A DNA stretch of 64,000 nt from a virus, in IMG/VR virus record IMGVR_UViG_3300020048_000029, positions 1 to 64,000 of that record; one strand, written 5' to 3'. The first letter of the stretch is position 1, and each line of letters begins with the position of its first letter. Under the pieces are notes generated by a model that was given only the letters and a program-made list of their open reading frames with translations, made no database searches and was not told where the DNA came from. Below are positions 9,405-19,072 of the stretch, piece by piece. The translations under genes and the position numbers were made by a program.

Positions 9405-10189
9405 TAAATTAGATTGAAAGTTCTTGTAGTTTGTGATTCAGCTGGATTCTCCCAGTCTGTAATCACAAATTCGTCTGAATACATGAACACATGCATTTCA
9501 TTCCACATTTTTCTGGCGTTAGAAATTGTGTAATTACTCATGAATTGCATCATGTACTGCACCCATCGGCTTGCACCGATTGCTGCAATTCTCATTGCAG
9601 TTGTGATGGCAGTCTGACTTCCACCGCAGGCGGTTTCGGTTTCAATGTCATCATCCGAGAATAGTGTCTTCTCCCATATAGCAACTTGCTTCTGGTCACA
9701 AGGGTTGAAGGCGTGTATCAAGCCACTCTTCAGTCCCATTCTCGTTTCTACGACCAATTGAACCGCAGGGTTGTATTTGAGAAATTTCTCAAACAACTCT
9801 TTCCGGCTCGACATGGTATCAGTCATAAGGAACACAACCTCTGAGGCAACCAAGCCTTTCGGGGTGTCACTTGTAACCATTTGCGGGTAAGAGTTAATCC
9901 TGAAACCCATCTTCTTCTCAATGAGATCGTTTAGGGCGTCAGCCTTGTTCGATCCAATCTGATCAAGGAAGAAAATCTGGTTTGGCAGATTATGCTCTTC
10001 AATGATGTCGCCATCAAATACTTTTAGAACTCCTCCGAACTCCGGGTCTCCAAAGCCATGTTGAGCAAGCTGCATTGCTACAGATGCGCCGGTTGCTCCG
10101 GCGCCTATAACTGTTGCAGAATGCCCATGGTAGTTGGCAGGGTTCAGAAGGTTCAGTTGTCTTGAATAATTCATTAAACCTCCATTCAA
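9404..10189 (-). CDS. E1-like ThiF/MoeB family adenylyltransferase
   Basis: YSRQ, VIGAGATG, DGDIIEEHNLPNQ, GSNKADAL; candidate catalytic Cys in TACGG. Confidence 0.9.
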   Translation of the reverse strand: MNGGLMNYSRQLNLLNPANYHGHSATVIGAGATGASVAMQLAQHGFGDPEFGGVLKVFDGDIIEEHNLPNQIFFLDQIGSNKADALNDLIEKKMGFRINSYPQMVTSDTPKGLVASEVVFLMTDTMSSRKELFEKFLKYNPAVQLVVETRMGLKSGLIHAFNPCDQKQVAIWEKTLFSDDDIETETACGGSQTAITTAMRIAAIGASRWVQYMMQFMSNYTISNARKMWNEMHVFMYSDEFVITDWENPAESQTTRTFNLI

Positions 10190-10200
10190 TATTGTTGTTC

Positions 10201-11160
10201 CTAAAACAGCTCTCGAATAACATCTGCAATCTCACAAATCAGCTTTGCAGAGTATCTTTCTTGAACGCCTTTGCTTTCGCTAAACACGGCCATGAAATCT
10301 TCGTTGAAAATCGAGAACTCGTCATTGAAATTCTCTTCGAACTGAACATTGGAATCAAATAGAGAGCCAGAATAACCCTCATCAAACGGGAAGTCTATCT
10401 CGACTTTACTAGGAAGCAGAGGCGCACTGAATGGCACCTCATACGGCTTCTTGTCCGGCTGGTTAGCGTCAACAGCTGCTTGCATCTCTTTTGACATGTC
10501 AATCGAAAGATTTGTAGTAAATGACCCGACCAACTCTTTAATTTCTTCTACGGTTACGCAGCATGCGACAGTAGTTTTTAGGCACTCAAGTTCTTCCTTC
10601 GTGCCAAGTGTTCCTTTAATTGTATAGGGCAGATTGTCCCAACGAATCATATTAACACTATCCAGAACTGTAAGACCGATCAATCCTGCCTTGTTGAAAA
10701 TACCACGGATAAATAGTCCGCGGTCAGATCTTGTTGCAAGCGTGGTTATTGTTTCCTCATCCTGACTACTTGGTCCAACACCCATCGTATGATGAGAGTG
10801 ACCCCAGAATCTCATTTTGGAAATACCTTCCGGTGATCCGGTCATTTCAAAAAGCTTGTCAACTGCAAGCATCTCATCGAATTCACACGTGCCTCCGTTG
10901 GCAACATGATTCTTCACATAGATGCAATCACTAACAAAGAGTCCTTCATTGGTCTCATTGACCAATGCGTACCACCCTGCTTCGATCGAGTTGTACTTGA
11001 CAATAAACTTCATTCTTTCAAGTGCTTCCATGTCAAAGATAATCTTCGGCGCGGAACTGACGTCTCCAAGAACAAACTTTTTCTTGGAGTTGTTGAGATT
11101 AATCTCGCTCTTTACAATATTACTCATGCGTCTGGGAACTCCAGCAAACAGGCGCCCCAT
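10201..11160 (-). CDS. JAB/MPN+ (JAMM) metalloprotease, deubiquitinase-like
   Basis: N-terminal EAGW glutamate plus WGHSHHTMGVGPSSQD = HxH-x7-S-x2-D. Confidence 0.85.
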   Translation of the reverse strand: MGRLFAGVPRRMSNIVKSEINLNNSKKKFVLGDVSSAPKIIFDMEALERMKFIVKYNSIEAGWYALVNETNEGLFVSDCIYVKNHVANGGTCEFDEMLAVDKLFEMTGSPEGISKMRFWGHSHHTMGVGPSSQDEETITTLATRSDRGLFIRGIFNKAGLIGLTVLDSVNMIRWDNLPYTIKGTLGTKEELECLKTTVACCVTVEEIKELVGSFTTNLSIDMSKEMQAAVDANQPDKKPYEVPFSAPLLPSKVEIDFPFDEGYSGSLFDSNVQFEENFNDEFSIFNEDFMAVFSESKGVQERYSAKLICEIADVIRELF

Positions 11161-11900
11161 GCGTCTGCCATGTTAGGGTTTTTGATACATTCAAGCACGT
11201 CATGTGCAACTGTATCGAAATCGTATGTTTTAAGAGAAATTGTCACCTGGCCTGAAAGATTCCCAAGGCAAACAACCCCGCTAGAAGTTACATGTGGAGC
11301 GTAGAACCCTGCCACATTCATAGACCCTTTTACTGAAATCGCTCTCGTCGCATCGGGCGCAGATCTGAGAGATTCGAGCTTTGTAAGGTTAACCTCAATC
11401 TCAAGATCTCCGATCAGCTTCCCTTGAACTACAAGGTCTTTTTCTGAGTGGATCTTAATTACAACGTCACCAATTGAAGTTGTGTACCCATTGTAGTCAG
11501 CTGCACTGTTAATACAAGCGTCAATGTCAAGGCTGCCTCCGAACATCGATTCTATTTCGTTTCCAACGGTTACAAGCTCTCTGTTGAGCTGATCACGTCT
11601 TCTACGAAGAGAGATTAGCGACGACTCTGCGATCGCAGCAGACTTGTACACAAGAGATCCAATAAGAGCTTTTAAGTGGCTCTTACCAACTTCTTCAACG
11701 TCAGGCTCATTCTGAGTAGGTAAAGCAGCGCCATACTCATTCCCATTAACGTGAAGTCCACTTACACAGGCGTGGAACAGGTTTGCGTACTCTGGATCAA
11801 GCTTCAATTCAATTCTGACTCCTGGCGTGTAGTCAAGAATTTCAACACCGTCCAGCGTCATTACGTCGTCCGATACCGGTCCGTTTACAATGTAAACCAT
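11124..11900 (-). CDS. E2/UBC-like conjugating enzyme (paralog 2)
   Basis: APHVTSSGVVCLGN resembles the UBC HPN...G.ICL active site; preceded by a coiled coil. Confidence 0.7.
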   Translation of the reverse strand: MVYIVNGPVSDDVMTLDGVEILDYTPGVRIELKLDPEYANLFHACVSGLHVNGNEYGAALPTQNEPDVEEVGKSHLKALIGSLVYKSAAIAESSLISLRRRRDQLNRELVTVGNEIESMFGGSLDIDACINSAADYNGYTTSIGDVVIKIHSEKDLVVQGKLIGDLEIEVNLTKLESLRSAPDATRAISVKGSMNVAGFYAPHVTSSGVVCLGNLSGQVTISLKTYDFDTVAHDVLECIKNPNMADAWGACLLEFPDA

Positions 11901-13951
11901 TATCTTCCTCTTTTAATAAAGTTACCAATTGCATTCATTACTTCTTCTCCATTATGCAAAGCCATGTGGCTATCTGCGTTGATACAGTCAAGTTCAACTT
12001 CGATTTTCTTTTGCATATCATCCAAGCTTATCTCAGGCCAATTCTTCACCGTTTTCCCTAGAACGTCAGCCATATTAACTGTTTCAAGGAATGAGATAAC
12101 TATGTTGGAAATCACTGAGACATTACCTTCTTTACAAGCAGGACTAAGGGAGTTTTTCATTGTACCTTGACAAGGTCTTCCATCACTGAACACATGGGGA
12201 GCACTCTTACCTTCAATCTTCCTTGTGAGGTTCAAATACTGCACTGAGTCTGGCTTGTCAATCTCAATTGTGATCTTGAATTTGCCGAGCTCATGCCATT
12301 TAAACGTCTCATAATTCTGAACAAAAAGCGTTCTTGTGTATATCGACAGACTCTTCCCAGAAAGGTGGATGTAAAGCACTCTCTTGTCAGATGTCATGTC
12401 TTCAAACCACATGTCAACCATTTCCTTGTGACCGTTAAGCTCAGCATCAGGATTGAAAGATCTTTTGATCATTTCAGCCTGTCTCAACTTATCAGTTTCA
12501 ATGGCGATCTGCCGATTCAAAGATTCGAGATTTGCAAGAGATGTTGAAACATCTAATTCAATCTTTCTCTTTGTATCATGCACAGACTTTGTCATTGAAA
12601 TGTGCATATCCTCAGATGTCTTTTCCACCGATGACTTGAACAGCATTCTGTTGTACTCAATGGCAGATTCAACACCTTCAAGAAGAAGCTTTCCAACAAG
12701 AGTTATTACCTTGTCAGTATCTCCGCCGAACACCTCGATCTTTTTACTGTCAATAATCATTATTATTGCACCAGTTACAAGATCGCAGTAATGGGCTCTC
12801 CCTCCTGTTACAAGAGGACATGAACACAAAGTTCCAAGTGCATGGATATTCTGTACACCTGCATAGGATTTTTCAATGTAAACAAATTTATGAGTATCTG
12901 TGTAAGTGTCAACTCTTCCTATTGATAAATTAATACCAATGTCGTCAGCTATTGCTTCCAGATACTTTTCAATTTCGTCTTCAACATTGCTGATGTAAAC
13001 GATATTACCTTTTGGCGTAATCGCATACTTTGGATCAACTGACACATACCCATCTTCGCTAATACCTCTTACAGCGTTAACCCTTACAGACGCTGCTCCA
13101 GCCGGGCTTGTAGTGAACTCGCTTATTTCAATTCCAAGACCGGTCACAAACTTATCACCAGACTTGGTGAGAGCAGTACTGGTATTGTTAAGGAAGTAAT
13201 TAATCTTGTTCACATACTCAATAGCTGTGTCAGGAGTTCCGATCCCGAAAAGGTTTGACGGAATAAGAGTTATGTCGTTTCCGAAGTTATGCACAGAGTC
13301 CGGGTAAACAGTTGTAATCCCTCCGTCAATTTCAGCTTTTTTACCAAAGTACACGTCCATTGTATCAAGATCGATATGAACATATTCACCAAGCCTTACA
13401 AGCTTAGTTCCTCTGTCATTGGAGTAACTACACCTTATAGGCATTATCATTTCAACAACGGGAGGAGCGCTGGTATCAATGGTGAATAAGTTCGGGTTTA
13501 CTGTTTTGTACAATCTGTTTCCGTTGGCGAAGTAGAACTCTCCTTCGGAAGATTCTACGATATTCCCAGTGTAAACCCTTGTCATCATGCCGTGGATTTG
13601 CGTAGGAAACTCTTCCGGTTCCGGTTCCGGCTCCTGTTCAGGTTCCGGCTCTGGAGCAGCTACAACCTCTCCTATTACAAAGTCAAGAGCTCCTTCCCGC
13701 AACTCTGGAAGTGCCTCAACCTCGTCGGCAGTGAAAGCATCGTAAATGTTCTCATCGTGCTTCCCAGCATAGAAAACACCATACCCAGACATCCCGATTT
13801 TATTTGGGACTCGGTGTTCTAGGAGAGAGTTGATAACCATCTTGTTAGTTGTCCAGTAGACGGCTCCAAGCTCGAATACTCCAAACTCGCTCACATTAGT
13901 AATCTCGGCTATGTTAAGCCTTTCTGTAACAGTACGGGTCATGCAAATCAT
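11900..13951 (-). CDS. Large protein with C-terminal E2/UBC-like domain (paralog 1)
   Basis: APHVFSDGRPCQGT...NMADVLG matches the neighbour's APHV..G..C.G..NMADAWG; PEPEPE linker; coiled coil. Confidence 0.65.
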   Translation of the reverse strand: MICMTRTVTERLNIAEITNVSEFGVFELGAVYWTTNKMVINSLLEHRVPNKIGMSGYGVFYAGKHDENIYDAFTADEVEALPELREGALDFVIGEVVAAPEPEPEQEPEPEPEEFPTQIHGMMTRVYTGNIVESSEGEFYFANGNRLYKTVNPNLFTIDTSAPPVVEMIMPIRCSYSNDRGTKLVRLGEYVHIDLDTMDVYFGKKAEIDGGITTVYPDSVHNFGNDITLIPSNLFGIGTPDTAIEYVNKINYFLNNTSTALTKSGDKFVTGLGIEISEFTTSPAGAASVRVNAVRGISEDGYVSVDPKYAITPKGNIVYISNVEDEIEKYLEAIADDIGINLSIGRVDTYTDTHKFVYIEKSYAGVQNIHALGTLCSCPLVTGGRAHYCDLVTGAIIMIIDSKKIEVFGGDTDKVITLVGKLLLEGVESAIEYNRMLFKSSVEKTSEDMHISMTKSVHDTKRKIELDVSTSLANLESLNRQIAIETDKLRQAEMIKRSFNPDAELNGHKEMVDMWFEDMTSDKRVLYIHLSGKSLSIYTRTLFVQNYETFKWHELGKFKITIEIDKPDSVQYLNLTRKIEGKSAPHVFSDGRPCQGTMKNSLSPACKEGNVSVISNIVISFLETVNMADVLGKTVKNWPEISLDDMQKKIEVELDCINADSHMALHNGEEVMNAIGNFIKRGR
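13612..13652 (+). repeat. Hexamer tandem repeats encoding a (PE)n linker
   Basis: TCCGGT/TCCGGC/TCAGGT units encoding PEPEPEQEPEPEPEE on the minus strand. Confidence 0.7.
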
Positions 13952-14273
13952 CTAAACCTGCTTCCTTTAAAGATTTTACCGATAATCCAAGATACTTTTT
14001 CAAAGCAACCCAGTCCTTTGTTGTTTCAACAAGGAATGTTTGCAATCCTACTTTTTGAGAGTTTTCTCTCTTCTCTACTTGAGCAGCGCTTACAACTCCG
14101 TCTCCATCAGGCCTTTTGAACTCTATTTGAAATGCACCGGACACTTTTGTGCAACAGAAGAAGTCCGGTATCCCAACATCGTTTGCCTTGATAACCTTGT
14201 AACTATAAGCGTACTGCCCCCATGATCTAACGTCGCGGATTACCGCCGACTGGGTATCAGATTCCAAAGCCAT
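13914..14273 (-). CDS. VRR-NUC / Holliday-junction-resolvase-like PD-(D/E)XK nuclease
   Basis: ESDTQ...GIPDFF...IEFKRP..G.VSAAQ. Confidence 0.8.
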   Translation of the reverse strand: MALESDTQSAVIRDVRSWGQYAYSYKVIKANDVGIPDFFCCTKVSGAFQIEFKRPDGDGVVSAAQVEKRENSQKVGLQTFLVETTKDWVALKKYLGLSVKSLKEAGLDDLHDPYCYRKA

Positions 14274-14286
14274 TTTACCGCCCTAT

Positions 14287-14318
14287 AAAAAAATGGGTAG
14301 GTTGAATACCTACCCATT
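14287..14318 (-). terminator. Intrinsic terminator
   Basis: AATGGGTAGG-loop-CCTACCCATT with a T-run on the minus strand. Confidence 0.7.
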
Positions 14319-14357
14319 GAATCTCTTGGTTGTTTCACTAAATCTCCATCAATATTA

Positions 14358-16100
14358 TTATTCCAAAAAAATCTTTCTGATATCACGGACTCTTGCCCTG
14401 CTTGTAAGCATTTCCGACATGTCACGCTTATCTGTCACAGACTTCAAGACTTTGCCGTCAGCGTAATTGTCAGACTTCAACCTGTAAATTGTAACCTTTT
14501 CAGTTGCACCCTTTCTATGAGATCTTCCAAGCATTTGGTCGTATTTTACATACGAGTGATCTATGAAATAGCACACCTGATATCTTACATACTGCATGTT
14601 CAAACCTGTACCCATCTTGGTCGGGTTTGCAACTGTGAACCGGCCTCTCACTCTGAAAGCTTCGTCAACCTCAAATGCGTCAGTTTTACCGTAGCATGAC
14701 AACACTTCTTTTTTACCGTAAGTGTTCTCAAGGAACTCTATCACCTTTGCAGCAGCTCGCTTCTCGATACACCAAATGAGAACTTTCTCGTCTTCAGGTA
14801 TCTGACTAAGTATCTCGTCCAAAGCTTCAAGCCTAGGGTTGTTGTCAAAACTTATCGTAGCAGAGACATCTTCCTCTTTGCCTTCTTCATCCATCTCGAA
14901 CATCGTCTGAACGTAATACCCAGCCGCAACTTGTTGGAGTTTTCTTCCGAGGACCAATATATGGTTAACCATAACTTTATTTTCAACACACATGTTGTTA
15001 CAAGTGTCTCTTACATTGCACTTTGAGCACATGTTTTCGATTACTGCAACACTATCATTTATGAGTTCTTCAACTACTTTTTTCTGTTCTTTCGACAGAT
15101 CAAATTCGTAGTCGATCTCAACAATTTCAGGAAGGTCAAGGCAGTCTTCTTTCTTGAACCTTAGAGTGTAAGGCGTTATAACCTTTTGGACCGTTGGTAT
15201 CGCTAGACCAGTCGGCTTCCACACTCTCTTTTCATCGTCCACAGCGACCATTATCGTCGATCTGAACGATTCGTATTTTGCATACCCTGTGAGAAAAGGT
15301 CTCAGGAAAAGGTATGGCATAAAAAATGACATTGCATTGTTTCCGTGCATTGTCCCTGTCGCAACAAATTTCTTATTTGTTGACTTGAAAATATCGATGA
15401 TGGCGAGAGTTTGTTTTGACTTGTTTCCGGCAATCCTATGAGCTTCATCGAGGATTACCATATCGTAATGTCCATCTGGGACATCTAAGAATCTCATACC
15501 TTCATAAGAAAGAAGGTGAATATCACTATCATCATTAAAGAACTTTTTGTACTGAGCGGTGCCGTTAATAACCTTTCCTTTGAGATCTGGAGTTATTGCG
15601 TTCATCTCTTTTAGGACGTTCCTCTTTAGCCCTTTCAGAGTTATGATTGCAACTCTCTTGATTTCCCCTTTTTTTATCAAGTGATCGATCGCCCATAAGT
15701 ACGATGCAGTCTTACCGGTACCAGGGTCTGCATCAAGTGCTCCAAAGTCGCAGTAGACCATCATGTTGAACATTGCCTTTTGGTGCTCCATAGGATGAAA
15801 AGATGTCGGGGAGAGCTTGTATTCAAACGGAGCCTTCCCATACACCTCTTTTATCCTTGCGATGATCTTCGCTGCTCTGACAGCCCCGTCTCGCAGCTTA
15901 ATCATCTCTGCCTTGTACTCTTCATCCCAAACAGCATCCTTGTACCTCAAAAGAAGAACTCCAGCCTCCCTCGGGAACGTAAACGCAGGTTGTCTGACGA
16001 CCTTTTTCCCACCGAGCTTTATCTTCAAAGTCTCGGCTTCATAAAGGTTGTTACTGCGACAAAGTGCAGTACTCTTGTTCTTTACGCTTATATGAATCAA
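14358..16100 (-). CDS. SNF2-family SF2 helicase
   Basis: HQK, DPGTGKT, ILDEAHRI, ATGT, GTGLN, QMLGRSHRKG. Confidence 0.85.
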   Translation of the reverse strand: MIHISVKNKSTALCRSNNLYEAETLKIKLGGKKVVRQPAFTFPREAGVLLLRYKDAVWDEEYKAEMIKLRDGAVRAAKIIARIKEVYGKAPFEYKLSPTSFHPMEHQKAMFNMMVYCDFGALDADPGTGKTASYLWAIDHLIKKGEIKRVAIITLKGLKRNVLKEMNAITPDLKGKVINGTAQYKKFFNDDSDIHLLSYEGMRFLDVPDGHYDMVILDEAHRIAGNKSKQTLAIIDIFKSTNKKFVATGTMHGNNAMSFFMPYLFLRPFLTGYAKYESFRSTIMVAVDDEKRVWKPTGLAIPTVQKVITPYTLRFKKEDCLDLPEIVEIDYEFDLSKEQKKVVEELINDSVAVIENMCSKCNVRDTCNNMCVENKVMVNHILVLGRKLQQVAAGYYVQTMFEMDEEGKEEDVSATISFDNNPRLEALDEILSQIPEDEKVLIWCIEKRAAAKVIEFLENTYGKKEVLSCYGKTDAFEVDEAFRVRGRFTVANPTKMGTGLNMQYVRYQVCYFIDHSYVKYDQMLGRSHRKGATEKVTIYRLKSDNYADGKVLKSVTDKRDMSEMLTSRARVRDIRKIFLE

Positions 16101-16552
16101 AATTTCAACCAGTTGAAGTAAACCGTGATAATCAATCCGTCTTTTACAACGATCACTATCTCAGACACTCCGATATTTGAGCTCCAGTTCGCGATCTTAC
16201 TCGAGTACTTATGACCACCTTCGGAGGACGAGAATGTACCAGCAATCTTTGCCGCCATTACAATATCTGTAAGGAACATGAACATGTTCGATGGTATGAA
16301 CAGCGCTCTTCCTCCTTCAGTTATCACATCGTTGTACACCATTGAGTTCTCTGAGCACATTGACTCAATCCTTGTCGCGCACCGGTAGAACGCATGTTCA
16401 GATATCGCAACAGGCATTGACCCATTGTAAACCGTTATTATGTTCTCCGCGAGAGTATCACAGCTTCTGTTTGTTGCATTTGCATTGCTTTCAGGATTGT
16501 TCTTGCTATCAAACATTGATCTGTAAGCTTCATACGTCGATATGTTTTTCAA
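16097..16552 (-). CDS. Hypothetical protein, possible DUF4258/RelE-like RNase fold
   Basis: ISEHAFYRCATRI ... IVIVVKDGLIITVY. Confidence 0.45.
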   Translation of the reverse strand: MKNISTYEAYRSMFDSKNNPESNANATNRSCDTLAENIITVYNGSMPVAISEHAFYRCATRIESMCSENSMVYNDVITEGGRALFIPSNMFMFLTDIVMAAKIAGTFSSSEGGHKYSSKIANWSSNIGVSEIVIVVKDGLIITVYFNWLKF

Positions 16553-17177
16553 TTTTCTTCCTTTCAGAAATCACAAACTTTTTGATACCATTTTCGATCA
16601 TCATTCTTGACTTTGTAGTTTTGGAGTAGTCGAACCCAACAGAGTCAAAGTAACTCTTTGCAACCATGCATCTCAAAGAGCCGTTATGAGACGTTATCTC
16701 AAAAGTGTTCACATGATCTTGGTCGTTGAAAATGTAAACTATTCCGCTCGGCTTGTGGAACTCAATTGAAAGTCTGAAGTCTTTCGCAATGTTGTTAACA
16801 AACCAGCTTGTAACAGAAACATACCCGTACTTTGTTATTGTAACATGGTTCTTTTTAACTCGGCGAGCTCCGCTACCGACAATTCCGAACACTCTTACTC
16901 TGAACAGCTCGCCAGGTACGGCATGGGCGATACTCTTGTACCGCTCACATCTCTCCCCAACAAGCTCTTTACGACCGTGCTGAACACGGTCTCTGAACAC
17001 TTTGAACTTCTCACCGCCGTTATCAATTGACGACACTGATATCACCGGGCCAAGCCCTGGTTCTGGGATCATTTTCACAAAGACATAATCTCTCCCGATG
17101 AGAGATTTGTGTCTAAGGTAGTTACTCAACGTCATCGTCTTCTTCTCCACCGTAAGCAAGTTTTTCAATCTCGACAC
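16530..17177 (-). CDS. Basic hypothetical protein
   Basis: ORF fills the gap in the operon; start uncertain. Confidence 0.55.
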   Translation of the reverse strand: MSRLKNLLTVEKKTMTLSNYLRHKSLIGRDYVFVKMIPEPGLGPVISVSSIDNGGEKFKVFRDRVQHGRKELVGERCERYKSIAHAVPGELFRVRVFGIVGSGARRVKKNHVTITKYGYVSVTSWFVNNIAKDFRLSIEFHKPSGIVYIFNDQDHVNTFEITSHNGSLRCMVAKSYFDSVGFDYSKTTKSRMMIENGIKKFVISERKKIEKHIDV

Positions 17178-18498
17178 TTGTAAGCGCGTCGAATACGTTC
17201 TTATCCTTCATTACAACAGGAATCAATCCTGCAGCTTCCTTTTTCATGGCTCTTGACATTTTCACATCTTCGCCGGCAGGGAGGGCGTACAAATCCTTAA
17301 AGTCCTTCTCTTTTATCTGAAGTCTTGAAAGGATGTCCATTACTCCAACTCCTCTTTCCATGAGGATCCCGAAGCATGCGATACTGTCGATCTTTCGCTC
17401 TCTCTTGTTATGAGTCCCAAGGATTGCTACTTCGTCAATAGTAATCTCTCTCTTTGAAGCAAACGCCTTCACCTGAGAAGTAAGGGATTTAACCTCAGCT
17501 TTATCAGCCTCGATCCTCTTCCAAGCAGCGACACAACTCTCTTCATCAACAACTGTTATGTTCAGTGGGCCGGACTGATTTTTGATGAACAGCTTACAGC
17601 TTGTCTGAGCATAACAATTGCCGCAGTACTCATTCCTTTTAGGGCTGAAGCCTCCTGTGACGATCGCTTCCTCAGCTTTGTCAGCAATGCGCTTCACCCA
17701 TCCTCTTACGTCTTCAACCAATCCTTCGACTTCGCTCGGCAGAATCTCATAGACATCTTCTGTCGCGAACCGCAGATATTTGATAACGATCTTGATCGAT
17801 TCAACTTTTGTCATATCGAAAATTCTCGATGCAAATACAGCGTAAACTCTAAACTGGTAATCTTTTCTGAACTGATCCTTCGACATTTTTGTCCGGCTTG
17901 ACTTGTAGTCAGTAATTCGAATTTCACCGCCTCGGAAGTCGATTCTGTCAATTACACCTCTGAAGAAAACATCTTTCGCATCGTACTTTGTTGGAAGCCA
18001 GTCTTTAGTCATTCCGAATTTAAGCTCGAATGACGATGACTCCCCAGGGAAAGATTCGAAATTGTTCGTGTAAAAGAAAATTCTTGAGAACAACCGGATC
18101 TCGTCGATCAATGCTCCATCTGTTATGAACATGTCATTAAGGACACTGTCAACAATCTTGTTGAATGACGCCTCGTCTGGCATTCCGTAAATATCGTAAT
18201 CCCCGATGTCGGCAGCTTGCCTGATCATCTTGAACTTTTGGATGCCAAAGTATTTTGGGTCAAATTCTTCCGGAGCATCTTCGATATCCTGTGCGCCTAG
18301 CCACATTTTGTAAGCTGATTCAGTTGTCTTCTTCTCGCACCATTTCCCAGAAAGTTCGGCGACACTATGAAGAGCTGATCCAAGGGTGAAGTGAGCCGCC
18401 TCCTCCTTGATTCCGTCAATATAGGTCATCTTCCATTTTAAAGGGCACTGTGCAAACAGTTTCAGTCTGGATACCGAATAGATCATCGTTTCTTGCAT
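17122..18498 (-). CDS. RecB-like PD-(D/E)XK exonuclease
   Basis: YSVSRLKLFAQCP, GSALH, GVIDRID, ITDYKS, Q..VY, CGNC...C. Confidence 0.85.
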   Translation of the reverse strand: MQETMIYSVSRLKLFAQCPLKWKMTYIDGIKEEAAHFTLGSALHSVAELSGKWCEKKTTESAYKMWLGAQDIEDAPEEFDPKYFGIQKFKMIRQAADIGDYDIYGMPDEASFNKIVDSVLNDMFITDGALIDEIRLFSRIFFYTNNFESFPGESSSFELKFGMTKDWLPTKYDAKDVFFRGVIDRIDFRGGEIRITDYKSSRTKMSKDQFRKDYQFRVYAVFASRIFDMTKVESIKIVIKYLRFATEDVYEILPSEVEGLVEDVRGWVKRIADKAEEAIVTGGFSPKRNEYCGNCYAQTSCKLFIKNQSGPLNITVVDEESCVAAWKRIEADKAEVKSLTSQVKAFASKREITIDEVAILGTHNKRERKIDSIACFGILMERGVGVMDILSRLQIKEKDFKDLYALPAGEDVKMSRAMKKEAAGLIPVVMKDKNVFDALTSVEIEKLAYGGEEDDDVE

Positions 18499-19072
18499 TG
18501 TTCATCCCATTCATTGCAACATAACACTCAATACCTTTTAAGACGTCATAGGTTGCCCTGTGAGCCTCTTTTTTGTCAAACTTGATCTTTAGCTTACTGC
18601 AAGTAGAAGCAAGGTTGACGCGCCGCTGGTTGCCAAAAATCTCTCTCGCCATCAACATGGTGTCAAACACTTCAATCCCATTAGGATCAAGCCTGAGCAT
18701 CTCCATATCAAAGCCGATGTAATTATGGCCTCCATGACGCCTTCCATTGATGAACTGGTCAAGCATCTCTCTTATTCCGTCAGATAAGTAATTAGGCTTA
18801 CCTCTCACCATCATATTTGTTATTCCATTAATTGCGCTCGCATCACTAGGGATGTACCCATTTACAGGGCAGCATAGCGTGTAGAACTCTCTTCCAATTC
18901 CACCGCCGGCGTTGAACTCAATTGCAGATATTTCTATGATCTCAGTATCGGTAACCGATATCCCGGTCGTCTCCGAGTCGATGTAAACAAGGTCATACTG
19001 AGTCTCAAACTCTTCAAGAGTAACAAGTTTTTTGGTTCCAATGTTAGTAACAAGAGAGTCATACGATATCAC
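18416..19072 (-). CDS. DEDDh 3'-5' exonuclease (DnaQ-like)
   Basis: IDSETTG, GHNYIGFD, AHRATYDV. Confidence 0.9.
   Translation of the reverse strand: MISYDSLVTNIGTKKLVTLEEFETQYDLVYIDSETTGISVTDTEIIEISAIEFNAGGGIGREFYTLCCPVNGYIPSDASAINGITNMMVRGKPNYLSDGIREMLDQFINGRRHGGHNYIGFDMEMLRLDPNGIEVFDTMLMAREIFGNQRRVNLASTCSKLKIKFDKKEAHRATYDVLKGIECYVAMNGMNNARNDDLFGIQTETVCTVPFKMEDDLY

Noticed and set aside
9404-10189. ThiF/MoeB as a thiamine or molybdopterin biosynthesis gene
   Set aside because: No ThiG, MoaE, rhodanese or desulfurase nearby, and no CxxC Zn motifs; neighbours are E2-like and JAB proteins
17122-18498. Cas4 / CRISPR-associated nuclease
   Set aside because: No cas1/cas2 or array; context fits a phage RecB-like recombination exonuclease
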